64,000 nt of DNA from an uncultured Verrucomicrobiales bacterium (GCA_964651705.1 CAZYWZ010000023.1:4412-68411), one strand, 5' to 3'; positions 44,144-54,496 are shown, counted from the stretch's first letter. Notes: a model not told the origin generated them from the sequence alone. Numbers and translations: made by a program.

Positions 44144-46867
44144 CTACTTGAGCCGCCGCTTCCGGAGAATCGCACCGACGCCCAGCAGCAGCCATGCCCA
44201 TGCCGCCGGCTCGGGCACCGGGATGAGCCAGCCACCGCCGGCCAAGGCGTGGATCTCGTCGTTCAACTCGGGGTTGAGCGAAGGGGCGTAGTAGATGTTG
44301 AATGCCGAGGTGACCTGTTGTGTGTCGGCATTGAACCGGAGCACGTAGAGCGCCGTGCCATCATTGCCAGTATTGCCGTCTTCGATCGTCACGGTGCCGC
44401 CTGGCGCGATCTCCAGTTCCCCGATCGCAAAGTTGTTGCTGTAGCCGCTCCAGTCGAGGCCGAGATCGGCGCCTGCAAATTCGAAAGTGTGGCTGCCGAT
44501 CCCGAAACCGAGCGCCGAGCCCGCGAGGTCGAACGTGAACGCGTTGGTGCTGGCGTTGAGCAAATTGCCCTGGATGACGAATTCATCGCCGGGCCCGCCG
44601 TTCAGCGCGCCGCTCGCGCCAACCTGGAGGGTGGTGAAGAAGTTGGTGCCCGAGTCGCTGATGTATTTGCCATTGTTCACGAAGACATCCAGGAACGTGA
44701 TCTGGCCACCGGTGTTCTTGAAGACCCCGCCGAGTTCGTTGGTCACGACGCTGGCGACGCTTCCCACGTCCCCGGCCGCGTCGAGTTGCGCCCCCGGCCG
44801 CACCAGCACGACGCCGCCGGTGCCCGTGACCGCCCCGCCCTCCAACCGCATGACGCCGTTGGACGCCGACAACACGCCGTAGTTGGCGATAGCGGCGGAA
44901 ACCGTCCCCCAACCGCTGACGGTGGCGTTGGTGTTGATGACCAGGCCGTCGCTGAAGCCGTGGGCTCCGCCGAGAAGGTTCATCGTGGCTCCCTGTGCAC
45001 CATCGCCGATGGTGAAGGCGAAGGTATTGGCGAGGGCGCTGCCACGGGCGCTCAACGTGCCGGCGTTGAAACTCATCTGCCCGCCAGCGTTGGTCAAGAT
45101 GAGTTGATCGGTCGCAACGCTGCCGCCGTTGAGGCTCAGCAAGCCGTGGCGCACTTCCAGCGAGCCGCTGCCGGCCGGCCCAACTGCTTGCAGATTGCCG
45201 CCGATGACGGCCACCAAGCTGCCCGTGGCCGCGGAAACCCTTCCGACCACAACGCCCGAGGCAACAACGGAGCCGCCGTCAGCGATACTCAATTGGTTGT
45301 CCGGACCCTCATGACCCACATAGAGGTTGTTGCGGTTAGTCCAGAGCGAATCGGCGCCGATGACAAGCACCGCGTTGCTCCTCGCCAGGCCGCCATAGCC
45401 CACGAACCCGTTGTCATCCGCCACGGCGCCGCCGTTGCTGATGATCAACCCGTTGCACGAACCTTGATTGCCCACCCGTAACCATGAGCCGTTATCCCAG
45501 AGCGAATCGGCGCCGGTGACAAGCACCACGTTGTTGCTCGCGTAATGTGTGTCGCCCAGGTAGCAACCGTTGTTCGCCACCGTGCCGCCGCCGCTGATGG
45601 TCAGCCGGTTGCCCGAACCGTAGTCGCCCACGCTTAGATACGACCTGTTGGTCCAGAGCGAATTGGCGCCGGTCACCATCACCACGTTGTTGCTCGCGCT
45701 CTTCTCATCGCCCACACAGCCGTAAGAGTCCGCCACCGTGCCGCCGTCGCTGATCGTCAACCGGTTGCCCGACCCGTAGTCGCCCACGGTTAAAGAGGTG
45801 TTGGTCCAGAGCGAGCCGGCGCCGGTGACCAGCACCGCGTTGTCGCTCGCGTTGCTGCCGCAGCCCACATAGCCGTTCTCGCTCTTCACCATGCCGCCGT
45901 TGGTGATGGTCAATCGATTGCCCGAACCGAAGCAGCCCACATGGAGGTCATTGCGGTTGGTCCAGAGCGAGCTGGCGCCGGTGACCAGTACCGCGTTGTT
46001 GCTGGCGCGGCTGTCTTGTCCTACATAGGCGTTCCCGCTGGCCACCGTGGCGCCGTCGCTGATGGTCAGCCGGTTGCACGACCCCGAATCGCCTACGCTA
46101 AGGTTGGTCCGGTTGTTCCAGAGCGAATCGGCGCCGGTGACAAGCACCGCGTTGCTGCTCGCCAGGCCGCCATAGCCCACGAACCCGCTGTCATTTGCCA
46201 CGGCGCCGCCGTTGCTGATGGTCAACCGGTTGCACGAACCCTGATTGCCCACCCGCAACCATGAGCCGTTATGCCAGAGCGAATCGGCGCCGGCGACCAG
46301 CACCACGTTGTTGCTCGCGTAATGTGTGTCGCCCAGGTAGCAGCCGTTGTTCACCACCGTGCCGCCGTCGCTGATGGTCAACCGGTTGTCCGAACCGTAG
46401 TCGCCCACGCTTAAATAGAACCTGTTGGTCCAGAGCGAATTGGCGCCGCTGACCAGCACCACGTTGTTGCTCGCGCTCTTCCCGTCGCCCACACCGCCGT
46501 AAGAGTCCGCCACCGTGCCGCCGTCGCTGATGGTCAGGCCGTTGAAGGAGCCTGAATTGCCAATGGTCAGATCGTTGCTGTTGTTCCAGATAGACCCACT
46601 GCCTGTGATCAAGGCGGAATTGTGGTCGGCGCCGGCGAGATCGCCCACAATGCCCGCTGTCGAATTCAGGTCGGCGTTGTTTGTGACGATCAGGGCATTC
46701 AGCGGTCCATTGCTGCCGACCAGGTACGTTCCGGCATAGTTGACGGAAATGCCGTTGATGACGTTCGTTTGGCGGGTCTCGGCGCTGGCCGGGCCGCAAA
46801 ATACAACCCCCAAGCAGGCCCATGTCGCGGCAACCCTCCACAGTCGAATCCTTGGAAGTCGCCTCAT
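44144..46867 (-). CDS. PEP-CTERM-anchored surface protein built of about 45-aa autotransporter-associated beta-strand-like repeats
   Basis: Signal peptide MRRLPRIRLWRVAATWACLGVVFCGPASA. At least 10 repeats of the form SLWTNR..L.VGD.GS.NRLTISDGGTVA. C-terminus LIPVPEPAAWAWLLLGVGAILRKRRLK (VPEP + TM + basic = PEP-CTERM exosortase sorting signal). Confidence 0.75.
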   Translation of the reverse strand: MRRLPRIRLWRVAATWACLGVVFCGPASAETRQTNVINGISVNYAGTYLVGSNGPLNALIVTNNADLNSTAGIVGDLAGADHNSALITGSGSIWNNSNDLTIGNSGSFNGLTISDGGTVADSYGGVGDGKSASNNVVLVSGANSLWTNRFYLSVGDYGSDNRLTISDGGTVVNNGCYLGDTHYASNNVVLVAGADSLWHNGSWLRVGNQGSCNRLTISNGGAVANDSGFVGYGGLASSNAVLVTGADSLWNNRTNLSVGDSGSCNRLTISDGATVASGNAYVGQDSRASNNAVLVTGASSLWTNRNDLHVGCFGSGNRLTITNGGMVKSENGYVGCGSNASDNAVLVTGAGSLWTNTSLTVGDYGSGNRLTISDGGTVADSYGCVGDEKSASNNVVMVTGANSLWTNRSYLSVGDYGSGNRLTISGGGTVANNGCYLGDTHYASNNVVLVTGADSLWDNGSWLRVGNQGSCNGLIISNGGAVADDNGFVGYGGLARSNAVLVIGADSLWTNRNNLYVGHEGPDNQLSIADGGSVVASGVVVGRVSAATGSLVAVIGGNLQAVGPAGSGSLEVRHGLLSLNGGSVATDQLILTNAGGQMSFNAGTLSARGSALANTFAFTIGDGAQGATMNLLGGAHGFSDGLVINTNATVSGWGTVSAAIANYGVLSASNGVMRLEGGAVTGTGGVVLVRPGAQLDAAGDVGSVASVVTNELGGVFKNTGGQITFLDVFVNNGKYISDSGTNFFTTLQVGASGALNGGPGDEFVIQGNLLNASTNAFTFDLAGSALGFGIGSHTFEFAGADLGLDWSGYSNNFAIGELEIAPGGTVTIEDGNTGNDGTALYVLRFNADTQQVTSAFNIYYAPSLNPELNDEIHALAGGGWLIPVPEPAAWAWLLLGVGAILRKRRLK

Positions 46868-46900
46868 AAGCCTTCCGCAATCCTCATGGCCGGGGGCACC

Positions 46901-48271
46901 TCAATCCGACCATCGGGCGATCGTCTTTCGCCCGGTGACCGGCCACCACGCCGAGATCTTGCCCGCCAGTCGCTCGACCACCTCCGGATTCCCGGCGGCA
47001 ACGTTCCTCTCCTCGCCCGGATCGGCGAGCAGGTCGAAGAGCTGTGGGCGCCTCTCGGTCCGGGGGTGCGAGCTGGCGTAACGGCCCAGCGCGCCGTCAT
47101 AGGTCAAAAGGAGCTTCCATTTGCCCTCGATGGCCCAGCGGTACAACAGGGAATCCTCCGGCCTGTCGATGTCCGCGATGTCATGGGCGAACCCCTCGCC
47201 AAAAATCGTGTCCCGACCCAAGGGCACACCATCGCGGACCAATGGCAGGAGGTCCAGGCCGGGAAGGTTCCCGGAGATGGTGGCGCCGGCGGCACTCAGC
47301 ATCGTGGGCACCAGATCGATGCTGCTGACCGGTTCATCGCGCTTGCCGGTCCGGATTACGCCGGGCCAGCTCAACAGGATGGGCTGGCGCACGCCGCCCT
47401 CGTTGGGCGACTGCTTCGATTTCGGCGCGTAGCCCTGGCTGGCGGGATCCTGGATCCAGCCATTGTCGGCGATATAGGCATAGAGCGTGTTCGCGTTGAG
47501 CCCCTTCCCATCGAGGAAATCGATCAGTTGCCCGCATGTTTCATCGAACCACTCGCACATGGCGTAGTACTTCGCGACGTGGAGGGATTCGACCTTGTCC
47601 CGGTACTTTGCCAGCAACCGGTCGGGCGGATTGTGCGGCGTGTGCGGCAGGAAGGGCGCGTACCACAGAAAGAAAGGCTTCTTCTCCCCCATCGCATGCT
47701 CCACGAAATCGAAGACGGGCTGCATGCCCTCCCGCCCGATCTTGAGCCCGTCGTCCCCGTGTCGCCCGCCCTTCTCCGGAAACCCCCGGGTCATCCCGTG
47801 GGTGAATCCCCCGCGGCGATAGGACCCCTCCCACCACTTGCCGGATTGGTGCGAGAGATAACCGCGCTCCGCCAGCAGCTTCGGCAACGTCGGATGCCCG
47901 TCGATGTGGCTGATGAGCCGTTCCCGCAACTCGGCATACTTCGGCGAATCGGCGGGCGCGAGGGCGTGGGACGGGTCATTGCCCGAGATCCTGTGCTGAT
48001 GCGCAAACAGCCCGGTCGCCAGCGTGCTGAGCGCCGGCCGGCAAAGCGCCGTCGGCACATATCCCCGGGTGAATAGCGCGCTCCGCGCGGCCAATCGGTC
48101 CAGGTGCGGTGTCTGGATCACCGGGTGCCCCATGAACCCATAGTCCGTCCACGCCTGGTCGTCGGAAAGGATCAGGACGATGTTCGGCGTTCCGCGCGTT
48201 CCCGCGGATTCAGACAGCCCAACGGCCGCCAGCAGCGCACCTAACACCGCAATGGTCTGCTCAAATCTCAT
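46901..48271 (-). CDS. Sulfatase-family protein with a degenerate active-site motif (C-R-P-A-L; Arg at +4 lost)
   Basis: Signal peptide MRFEQTIAVLGALLAAVGLSESAG. NIVLILSDDQAWTDYG. PTALCRPALSTLATG. GKWWEGS. Confidence 0.75.
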   Translation of the reverse strand: MRFEQTIAVLGALLAAVGLSESAGTRGTPNIVLILSDDQAWTDYGFMGHPVIQTPHLDRLAARSALFTRGYVPTALCRPALSTLATGLFAHQHRISGNDPSHALAPADSPKYAELRERLISHIDGHPTLPKLLAERGYLSHQSGKWWEGSYRRGGFTHGMTRGFPEKGGRHGDDGLKIGREGMQPVFDFVEHAMGEKKPFFLWYAPFLPHTPHNPPDRLLAKYRDKVESLHVAKYYAMCEWFDETCGQLIDFLDGKGLNANTLYAYIADNGWIQDPASQGYAPKSKQSPNEGGVRQPILLSWPGVIRTGKRDEPVSSIDLVPTMLSAAGATISGNLPGLDLLPLVRDGVPLGRDTIFGEGFAHDIADIDRPEDSLLYRWAIEGKWKLLLTYDGALGRYASSHPRTERRPQLFDLLADPGEERNVAAGNPEVVERLAGKISAWWPVTGRKTIARWSD

Positions 48272-48280
48272 GATCGCCCC

Positions 48281-49858
48281 CTATTGTCTCTTGGCCTTCC
48301 CCTTCTTTCCGGGGCCTCCAGATCTGGCGGCCGGGGCCAGCGACTCGGGCGGATCCTGAGCCGGGACCTTTAGCTCGGCCCGCAGCCGGTCGAGTTCGGC
48401 GTGCAGCGCCTCCCTGGCTTCCGCGTGAGCCGGATCGTCATAGACATTCCTGAGTTCCTTCGGGTCCCCCTCACGATCGATGAGTGACCAGTAATTCATC
48501 TCGGGCTCATAGAAGTGGAAGAGCTTATACCGGTCGGTGACGACGCCGTAGTGCTTGCGCACGCTGTGGGGACCGGGAAATTCGTAGTAGTGGTAGTAGA
48601 AGCTCGTGCGCCAATCGGCCGGATTCTCGCCGCGCAGCAGTGGCACCAGGCTCCGGCCCTGCATATCGCCCGGGACCGCCTGCCCCGCGGCGTCGAGGAA
48701 TGTCTCCGGAAAATCGAGGACCGAGACCATGCTGGCGTTCCGGCCGCCCGGCTTCGTCACCCCGGGCCAGCGCGCCAGCAGGGGCGTCGTCAGCGACTCC
48801 TCGTAGATCCAGCGCTTGTCGAACCAGCCGTGCTCGCCCAGGTAGAATCCCTGATCGGATGAGTACATGACGAGCGTGTCCTTCGCCAAGCCCTCGGCAT
48901 CGAGGAAGTCCAGCAGCCGCCCCACCCCCTCGTCGACCGCGAGGATCGTGCCGAGGTAGTCGTGCATGTAGCGCTGGTAGCGCCAGCGGACCAGATCCTT
49001 GCCCGAGAGATTGGCGGCGAGAAACTTCTCGTTCCGCGGCCCGTAGTAGGCGTCCCAGGCCTTGCGCTGGGTCGCGTTCAGATACGGCGGCGCCGCCAGC
49101 TTCGCGTCCCTCTCGTTGAATGTCTTTTCCAGCGTCATGTCCTGCTCGCGCTCCGCCCTGCCGCGGCCCGCGTAGTCATCGAAGAGCGTGTCCGGTTCGG
49201 GGAACTCCCGATCCCCATTCCAGCCCAAGTGCCGGAGGGCCGGCGCCCACTCGCGGTGCGGCGCCTTGTGCTGGCACATGAGCATGAACGGTTTTGTCTC
49301 ATCGCGGGCCTTCAGCCACTCGATGGCGATATCCGTGATTATGTCGGTGGTGTATCCCTCGTGCGTCACCTTCTCCCCATCCCGGATCATCGGCGGGTTA
49401 TAATAAATGCCTTGGCCCGGGAGGATGTGCCAATGATCGAAGCCGACGGGATCGCTCTCGAGGTGCCACTTGCCGATGACCGCGGTCCGATAGCCCGCCG
49501 CCTGCAGCAGTTTGGGAAAGGTCTGCTGCGCCCCGTCGAACCGATTGCCATTCCGAAAGAAGCCGTTGATGTGGCTATATTTCCCCGTCTGGATGACGGC
49601 GCGGCTGGGCCCACAGATCGAGTTTGGCACGAGGCACCGCTCGAACAGCACGCCCTCTTTCGCCAGCCGGTCGATGTTCGGGGTCTGGACCAGCTTGAGC
49701 GGGTGAGCATAGGCGCTGATCGCCTGCGACGCGTGATCATCGGCAAAGATGAACAGGATATTCGGGGGCCTCGTCTCCCCCGCGGCCCGGGTGAATACGG
49801 CGGCGAGCAGGATCACTCCCAGCGCCGCGGCTTTCGCAAAGGTGGATGCAGCTCTCAT
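48281..49858 (-). CDS. Sulfatase (Cys-type) with a Lys-rich C-terminal tail
   Basis: Signal peptide [37 protein letters not shown]. Motif [14 protein letters not shown]. Tail [12 protein letters not shown]. The track ORF extends to 50026; start set at the Met preceding the signal peptide. Confidence 0.85.
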   Translation of the reverse strand: MRAASTFAKAAALGVILLAAVFTRAAGETRPPNILFIFADDHASQAISAYAHPLKLVQTPNIDRLAKEGVLFERCLVPNSICGPSRAVIQTGKYSHINGFFRNGNRFDGAQQTFPKLLQAAGYRTAVIGKWHLESDPVGFDHWHILPGQGIYYNPPMIRDGEKVTHEGYTTDIITDIAIEWLKARDETKPFMLMCQHKAPHREWAPALRHLGWNGDREFPEPDTLFDDYAGRGRAEREQDMTLEKTFNERDAKLAAPPYLNATQRKAWDAYYGPRNEKFLAANLSGKDLVRWRYQRYMHDYLGTILAVDEGVGRLLDFLDAEGLAKDTLVMYSSDQGFYLGEHGWFDKRWIYEESLTTPLLARWPGVTKPGGRNASMVSVLDFPETFLDAAGQAVPGDMQGRSLVPLLRGENPADWRTSFYYHYYEFPGPHSVRKHYGVVTDRYKLFHFYEPEMNYWSLIDREGDPKELRNVYDDPAHAEAREALHAELDRLRAELKVPAQDPPESLAPAARSGGPGKKGKAKRQ

Positions 49859-49901
49859 GATATTCCTCTCCTTCCAATAGCACTCTGCCGGGCGCCCGAC
49901 A

Positions 49902-50588
49902 CTACTGCCCTTCCCAAAGCCTGATGTGGTCGATCTGACACGTGCCGCCATCGATGGCCTTGAAGTCGATCTGCGCCTGCCCGGCCATGTCGATGTTCTC
50001 GCTCTCGAATAAGTGCTTCTTCCCATCGATCTTGAGCAGGATCCTTCCCTTCTTCAACTCGATCACCACGTCGTGCCACTCGTTGAGCGTGAACAGCGGC
50101 CCCTTCACTTCCAGGGTCTCGACGTCTCTTTTGATCGCAAGCGTCGTCGCCTTCTCGCCGAAGGTCAGCGTGTGGATGTGGTGCCCTAGGTCAAAGAGCG
50201 GAAAGCCGCGCTGGTAGGCCTTCGCATCATACCGCACCCGCATGGCGCAGACGAAGTTCTCGGGCACCTTCTTGAGCCAGATCACCGGCTTGAACCCGGC
50301 GTGGGCCCGGTCGCCGCTGGCCACCTTCTTCTCCTGAAATTCCTTCGATGACGGACCGCCGGTCAGGACCCCGTCCTTTATCTCCCAGGTGGTGTTCTGC
50401 CGGACCTCCCAAAACTCCGAGTTGAGCGTCCCATCGAAGGCGTCCTCGTACACGAGCTTCGTGCGAAAGAACAACTCCGACCTGTATGCGGGCAGTCCCT
50501 CCGCCCGAAGCGGCGCATTCCAACAGAGGCATGACATGGCAACCGGCACGGCAAGAAGACGGACATGGTTTTTCATGAGCGGGCTCAT
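49902..50588 (-). CDS. DUF1080 (3-keto-disaccharide hydrolase / LamG-like jelly-roll) domain protein, secreted
   Basis: Signal peptide. [12 protein letters not shown]...[11 protein letters not shown]...[10 protein letters not shown]...[19 protein letters not shown]...[20 protein letters not shown] matches the DUF1080 family pattern. Lower GC than its neighbours. Confidence 0.6.
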   Translation of the reverse strand: MSPLMKNHVRLLAVPVAMSCLCWNAPLRAEGLPAYRSELFFRTKLVYEDAFDGTLNSEFWEVRQNTTWEIKDGVLTGGPSSKEFQEKKVASGDRAHAGFKPVIWLKKVPENFVCAMRVRYDAKAYQRGFPLFDLGHHIHTLTFGEKATTLAIKRDVETLEVKGPLFTLNEWHDVVIELKKGRILLKIDGKKHLFESENIDMAGQAQIDFKAIDGGTCQIDHIRLWEGQ

Positions 50589-50603
50589 GGGTAGATCCGG
50601 CCG

Positions 50604-52991
50604 CTATCGGATCAGCCTGGCCTCGATGTTCGCGACCTGGCGATTGGCGAACTCATCCGTCAGGAGCCACAGCTGGTAGAGGCCATCGATCTGCTTCAGG
50701 TACCAGTCGACCGAGCTTTTCGTCAAATCGCGCTTGGCATCCTTCGGCCGGTCCTCGTCGCGGATATCCGGCCGCACGCGATCGGCCGGCGGCTGGTAGG
50801 CCGGGTTGAAGACCAGGGCCGGCAGGTCGTTGGCGGGCAACAGGTGGCGCCACAGGAAGGCCTGCATCCTATCTTCGGACGGGACAGCCTCGCGGACGAT
50901 CTCTTGCTCCCCGACCTTCGCGCTGCCGACGACCGCGAGGTTGACGGGCTTCTCCATCTCCGACAGGGTCGATTTCAGGGTCAGGCCGATCGCCTCCTGT
51001 TTTGCGGCCAGCGTGGCGCCGGGAGATTCGAGCCCGGCGGGCAGGTCCTTGAATCGGAGCTGGATCGGTCCATCGAAGCCGTCCTTTCGGATGGCGAAGA
51101 CCGTCGCGTTCGCCGACTTCGCCCCCGCGATCACGATTCGTGATGGGATGAGCCGCAGCTCGAAGTCCGGCCTCGGCTGACTGATCCGGAGCCGGTAGGC
51201 ATACTCCTTGCCCGCGTGCCTACGGGTATCTCCCAAATGGACATAATACTTCCCGTCGGCGGGCAGCTTGACCATGAGATAGGAATCGGCGTGGTCGGTG
51301 TTCTCTCCCGATGCCGCATCGTAATAATCGTCGTTCAGCGCGATGACCTTGCCATCGGGGCCGGTCACCTTGAGGAAGGAATCGAACGGCGATCCGAGGC
51401 GGCGCGCGGTCACCTCCGCGACGAGAGTCTCACCCGCCTTCCCCTCCACCCCGAAGACATCCCAATCCCCGGGCCGATCCGACCGACCGTTGATTATCAT
51501 GGGCAGGCTGACTCTCTGGGCCTTGGATGGCACGTCATTGGATTCCTTGTCCATGCATTCCGGCAGCGTGTCTAGGACGAACGGCACCTCGTTGGAAATG
51601 ACCTCCCCGTTGCTCGCCACGATCCGGTGGCGTCCGGGCTTTGCGTCGTTGGGTGGTGCCGCCAGCGTGGTCTTCTCCAAATTCCAGCCGCTCATCTCGA
51701 TCTTGACCGGCTCTCCCGCCCGCCCCCCCAGGGGGAAGATGCCGCTCAAGAAAGGTGCCTCGGAGACCGTGACCCGGTACACGAAGCTCTCCCGACCCCG
51801 GAACAGCGCCTCGTTGATAGTCAGCACATACTCGCCATCCGCGGGGACTTCGAAGAACAGGACGGGGTCCGGGTCGAAGCGGAAATCGTCGTTGTAGGCC
51901 AGCTCGTTACCCTTCGCATCGCGCAGCGTCAACACGGCCTGAAACCATCCGGGGACGCCGTCGGCAACGTAGGGGGACAACTGTCTGGCCTTGGCCACGA
52001 TGACCAGGCGCTGGCCCTTCATGGCAGTGAATCGATACCGGTTGACCTCTCCGGCGCCGATCTGGCCATTCATCGTGCACGGCACCGTGATCTGTACCTC
52101 CTCCTCCTCCGGCGGCCGCTTCCGCTGGGCCAGATGCTCCTTGCCCAGCACCTGCTTCTGGCAGGTCTTCATCGGTTTCCGCGCGACTTCAGGGTCCTGG
52201 CCGACGAAAAATGGCAGCGGGTTGGACACCCCTTTCTTGCTAATAACCCGGATCTCGCGCGCTCCGGGCCTCGCGTCGGGGGCCACCGTCACCTCGGCAA
52301 ACACGAGCTCGCAATGGGCCGGCACCGCAGGATTCCGCTCGTCCTCCGCAAAGATCCTCTCGATCCGATCGATCAGTTTCGCCTTGGCCGCCTCCTGCTC
52401 GGACTTCGGGGCCTCCTCCTTCGCCTCGCCCGCCTTTAGCTCCTTCGCGTTTTCCAGGGACGCGTTGCAGTCCCTGCAGACGGTGGTGCCCAACGGGTTG
52501 AGGCGTCCGCAGGCGGGGCACATCACCCCCTCGACCTTCGGCGGCTCGATGCGCTCGGGCAACTCGAGAAACGCCATCTTGGCGACCATGGTCTCGTTGA
52601 CCACCGTCTCCTTCTTCTTCAGCTCGTTGAGCTGCTGCCGCAGGAGATCCAGCTCCTGATTGTTCAGCACCCGATAATAATCGACGAGCCGGACCGAGAC
52701 TCCCTCGCCCGTCACGACCACTTCGCTGGGTTCGAGAAGCCCCTGCCCGCCCAGCCGGATCTGGAAAGTCGAACCCTGCTGCCCGCCCGCCGGATAGACG
52801 TAGCCGATGTACTGGTTCTGCGCCCGGCCCGCGGACGCCCCCGCCAGCAGCAGGCCCAGGACCACAGATCTAACGACAGGGCGCAAGGCGCGCGGGGCCG
52901 CGGGAACCCCCAAGGCTGACTCGAAAATACGGCGCAACTCCAACGCGTCGGCCACGGCCGGCCACCCCACAGGCAATCTACTCATGGGCAT
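50604..52991 (-). CDS. Secreted protein with two pre-peptidase C-terminal (PPC) domains and a C4 zinc-ribbon
   Basis: Zinc-ribbon CPACGRLNPLGTTVCRDC. PPC-like modules GQIGAGEVNRYRFTAMKGQRLVIVAKA...GNELAYNDDFRFDPDPVLFF and GRSDRPGDWDVFGVEGKAGETLVAEVTAR...GKVIALNDDYYD. Confidence 0.5.
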   Translation of the reverse strand: MPMSRLPVGWPAVADALELRRIFESALGVPAAPRALRPVVRSVVLGLLLAGASAGRAQNQYIGYVYPAGGQQGSTFQIRLGGQGLLEPSEVVVTGEGVSVRLVDYYRVLNNQELDLLRQQLNELKKKETVVNETMVAKMAFLELPERIEPPKVEGVMCPACGRLNPLGTTVCRDCNASLENAKELKAGEAKEEAPKSEQEAAKAKLIDRIERIFAEDERNPAVPAHCELVFAEVTVAPDARPGAREIRVISKKGVSNPLPFFVGQDPEVARKPMKTCQKQVLGKEHLAQRKRPPEEEEVQITVPCTMNGQIGAGEVNRYRFTAMKGQRLVIVAKARQLSPYVADGVPGWFQAVLTLRDAKGNELAYNDDFRFDPDPVLFFEVPADGEYVLTINEALFRGRESFVYRVTVSEAPFLSGIFPLGGRAGEPVKIEMSGWNLEKTTLAAPPNDAKPGRHRIVASNGEVISNEVPFVLDTLPECMDKESNDVPSKAQRVSLPMIINGRSDRPGDWDVFGVEGKAGETLVAEVTARRLGSPFDSFLKVTGPDGKVIALNDDYYDAASGENTDHADSYLMVKLPADGKYYVHLGDTRRHAGKEYAYRLRISQPRPDFELRLIPSRIVIAGAKSANATVFAIRKDGFDGPIQLRFKDLPAGLESPGATLAAKQEAIGLTLKSTLSEMEKPVNLAVVGSAKVGEQEIVREAVPSEDRMQAFLWRHLLPANDLPALVFNPAYQPPADRVRPDIRDEDRPKDAKRDLTKSSVDWYLKQIDGLYQLWLLTDEFANRQVANIEARLIR

Positions 52992-53006
52992 CTCCTTTTC
53001 CCGCGG

Positions 53007-54410
53007 TCACATGATCTCTCTCAGGAGCCCGGCCGACTTCATCCCCTCGTTCTGCGCGTCCAGGACACGGGCATCGAGCCCCAGGGGGTTCGGCAGCGTG
53101 GCGTTGGCGTCGATCCCGGCCAACTGATAGAAGCTGCCCAAGAGGTCCGCCGGATAGACGGGCCGGTCCTTGACCTCCTCTCCTTTGGCGTCCGAGGAAC
53201 CAACGACGCGACCACCCTTGAATCCGCCACCCGCGACGAGCACGGTGAAGACCTTCCCGTAGTGATGGCGGCCGCCGTTCCACGGCGGTTCCCAAGAGAC
53301 CTTCGGCGACCGGCCGAACTCCCCGGTGCACCAGACCAGCGTGCTCTCCAGCAGTCCCCTCTCCCTCAGGTCAGCGAGCAGCGTCGCCAGGCCCTGGTCG
53401 AGCCAGGGGCACTGCCGCTTCATCGTCGCAAAGTGGTTGGAGTGCGTGTCCCAGCCACCGGGGAAGCTGATGGTGACATACGGCACGCCCGCCTCGACCA
53501 TCCGCCGGGCCGCGAGGCACTCCTGCCCGAAGGTATTCCGCCCGTAGCGATCCCGGATCACCTTGGACTCGTTGTCGAGATTGAATACCTCCTTCCCCTT
53601 GCCCAGGATCAGGCCGTAGGCCTTCTGCCTCGCCGCCTCGGCCTCGGCAACCTCCGGCACCTCCGAGAGCCCGTAACCCATGGTGTTGATCTTGTCCACC
53701 AACTCGCGGCGGGCCCTCTGGCGGTTGTCATCGATCCCGCGATTGACGATCCCCTGCACCTCGAAGCGGTCCGCGTTGGGATCGCCCCCCGTCGCGAACG
53801 GCTTGTACGCCGGGCCCAGGAAACCCTCCTCAGAAAAGCGTCCGGCCGCCTGCGTCATCACGATGTACGGCGGGAGCAACCCTTTGTATTCCTCCCTCTT
53901 GAAGTAGGTGAATATGGCGCCCACGCTCGGGTAGGCGAGTTGCCCGCCGGGCTTGTGGCCCGTCTGCATCAGGTAGGCCGCCGTCTCGTGGCCATCGATG
54001 CCGTGGGTCATGCTGCGTATCAAGGAGTACTTGTCCGCCTGCTTCGCCAGGTTCGGAAACAGCGAGCTGATCTGGATCCCATCGACGTTTGTCGGGATGA
54101 ATTTGTCGAATTCCCCGAGGTAATCGTAGCCGGTGCCCGGCTTCGGGTCCCACGTGTCATTGTGCGACATCCCGCCCCACAGGAAGACCTGGATGACCGA
54201 CTTGATCTTGCCCTTGGGCAACGGCTTCGCCGCCGCGTCCGGCACCGCCTTCGGTTCGCCGCCCGCGGGCGCCGCCTTGGGATCCTCCGCCAACGCCCGG
54301 AAACCCAGCCCGCCAGCGGCGACCATTCCCGCCGCGCCCAAGACGCCCCTCCGCACGGCCTCGCGCCGCGAGATGTTCCCTCGACCCTCTGGACCTTGCC
54401 CTGCGCTCAT
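53007..54410 (-). CDS. DUF1501 family protein (sulfatase/alkaline-phosphatase-like fold) with a Tat signal
   Basis: Tat motif SRREAVRRGVLGAAGMVAAGG. Motifs GGMSHNDTWDPKPG, YVTISFPGGWDTHSNHF, LVWCTGEFGRSPK are typical of DUF1501. The track ORF starts at 54500; the Met at 54410 precedes the twin-arginine signal. Confidence 0.75.
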   Translation of the reverse strand: MSAGQGPEGRGNISRREAVRRGVLGAAGMVAAGGLGFRALAEDPKAAPAGGEPKAVPDAAAKPLPKGKIKSVIQVFLWGGMSHNDTWDPKPGTGYDYLGEFDKFIPTNVDGIQISSLFPNLAKQADKYSLIRSMTHGIDGHETAAYLMQTGHKPGGQLAYPSVGAIFTYFKREEYKGLLPPYIVMTQAAGRFSEEGFLGPAYKPFATGGDPNADRFEVQGIVNRGIDDNRQRARRELVDKINTMGYGLSEVPEVAEAEAARQKAYGLILGKGKEVFNLDNESKVIRDRYGRNTFGQECLAARRMVEAGVPYVTISFPGGWDTHSNHFATMKRQCPWLDQGLATLLADLRERGLLESTLVWCTGEFGRSPKVSWEPPWNGGRHHYGKVFTVLVAGGGFKGGRVVGSSDAKGEEVKDRPVYPADLLGSFYQLAGIDANATLPNPLGLDARVLDAQNEGMKSAGLLREIM

Positions 54411-54496
54411 AGCTTCCCTGCTCCTTTCTTGCCCGCCTGCCTCATCGTGCCAGAAACGAAACTTCCAAATATTATGCCCGACCGCCCGCCCCGCAA

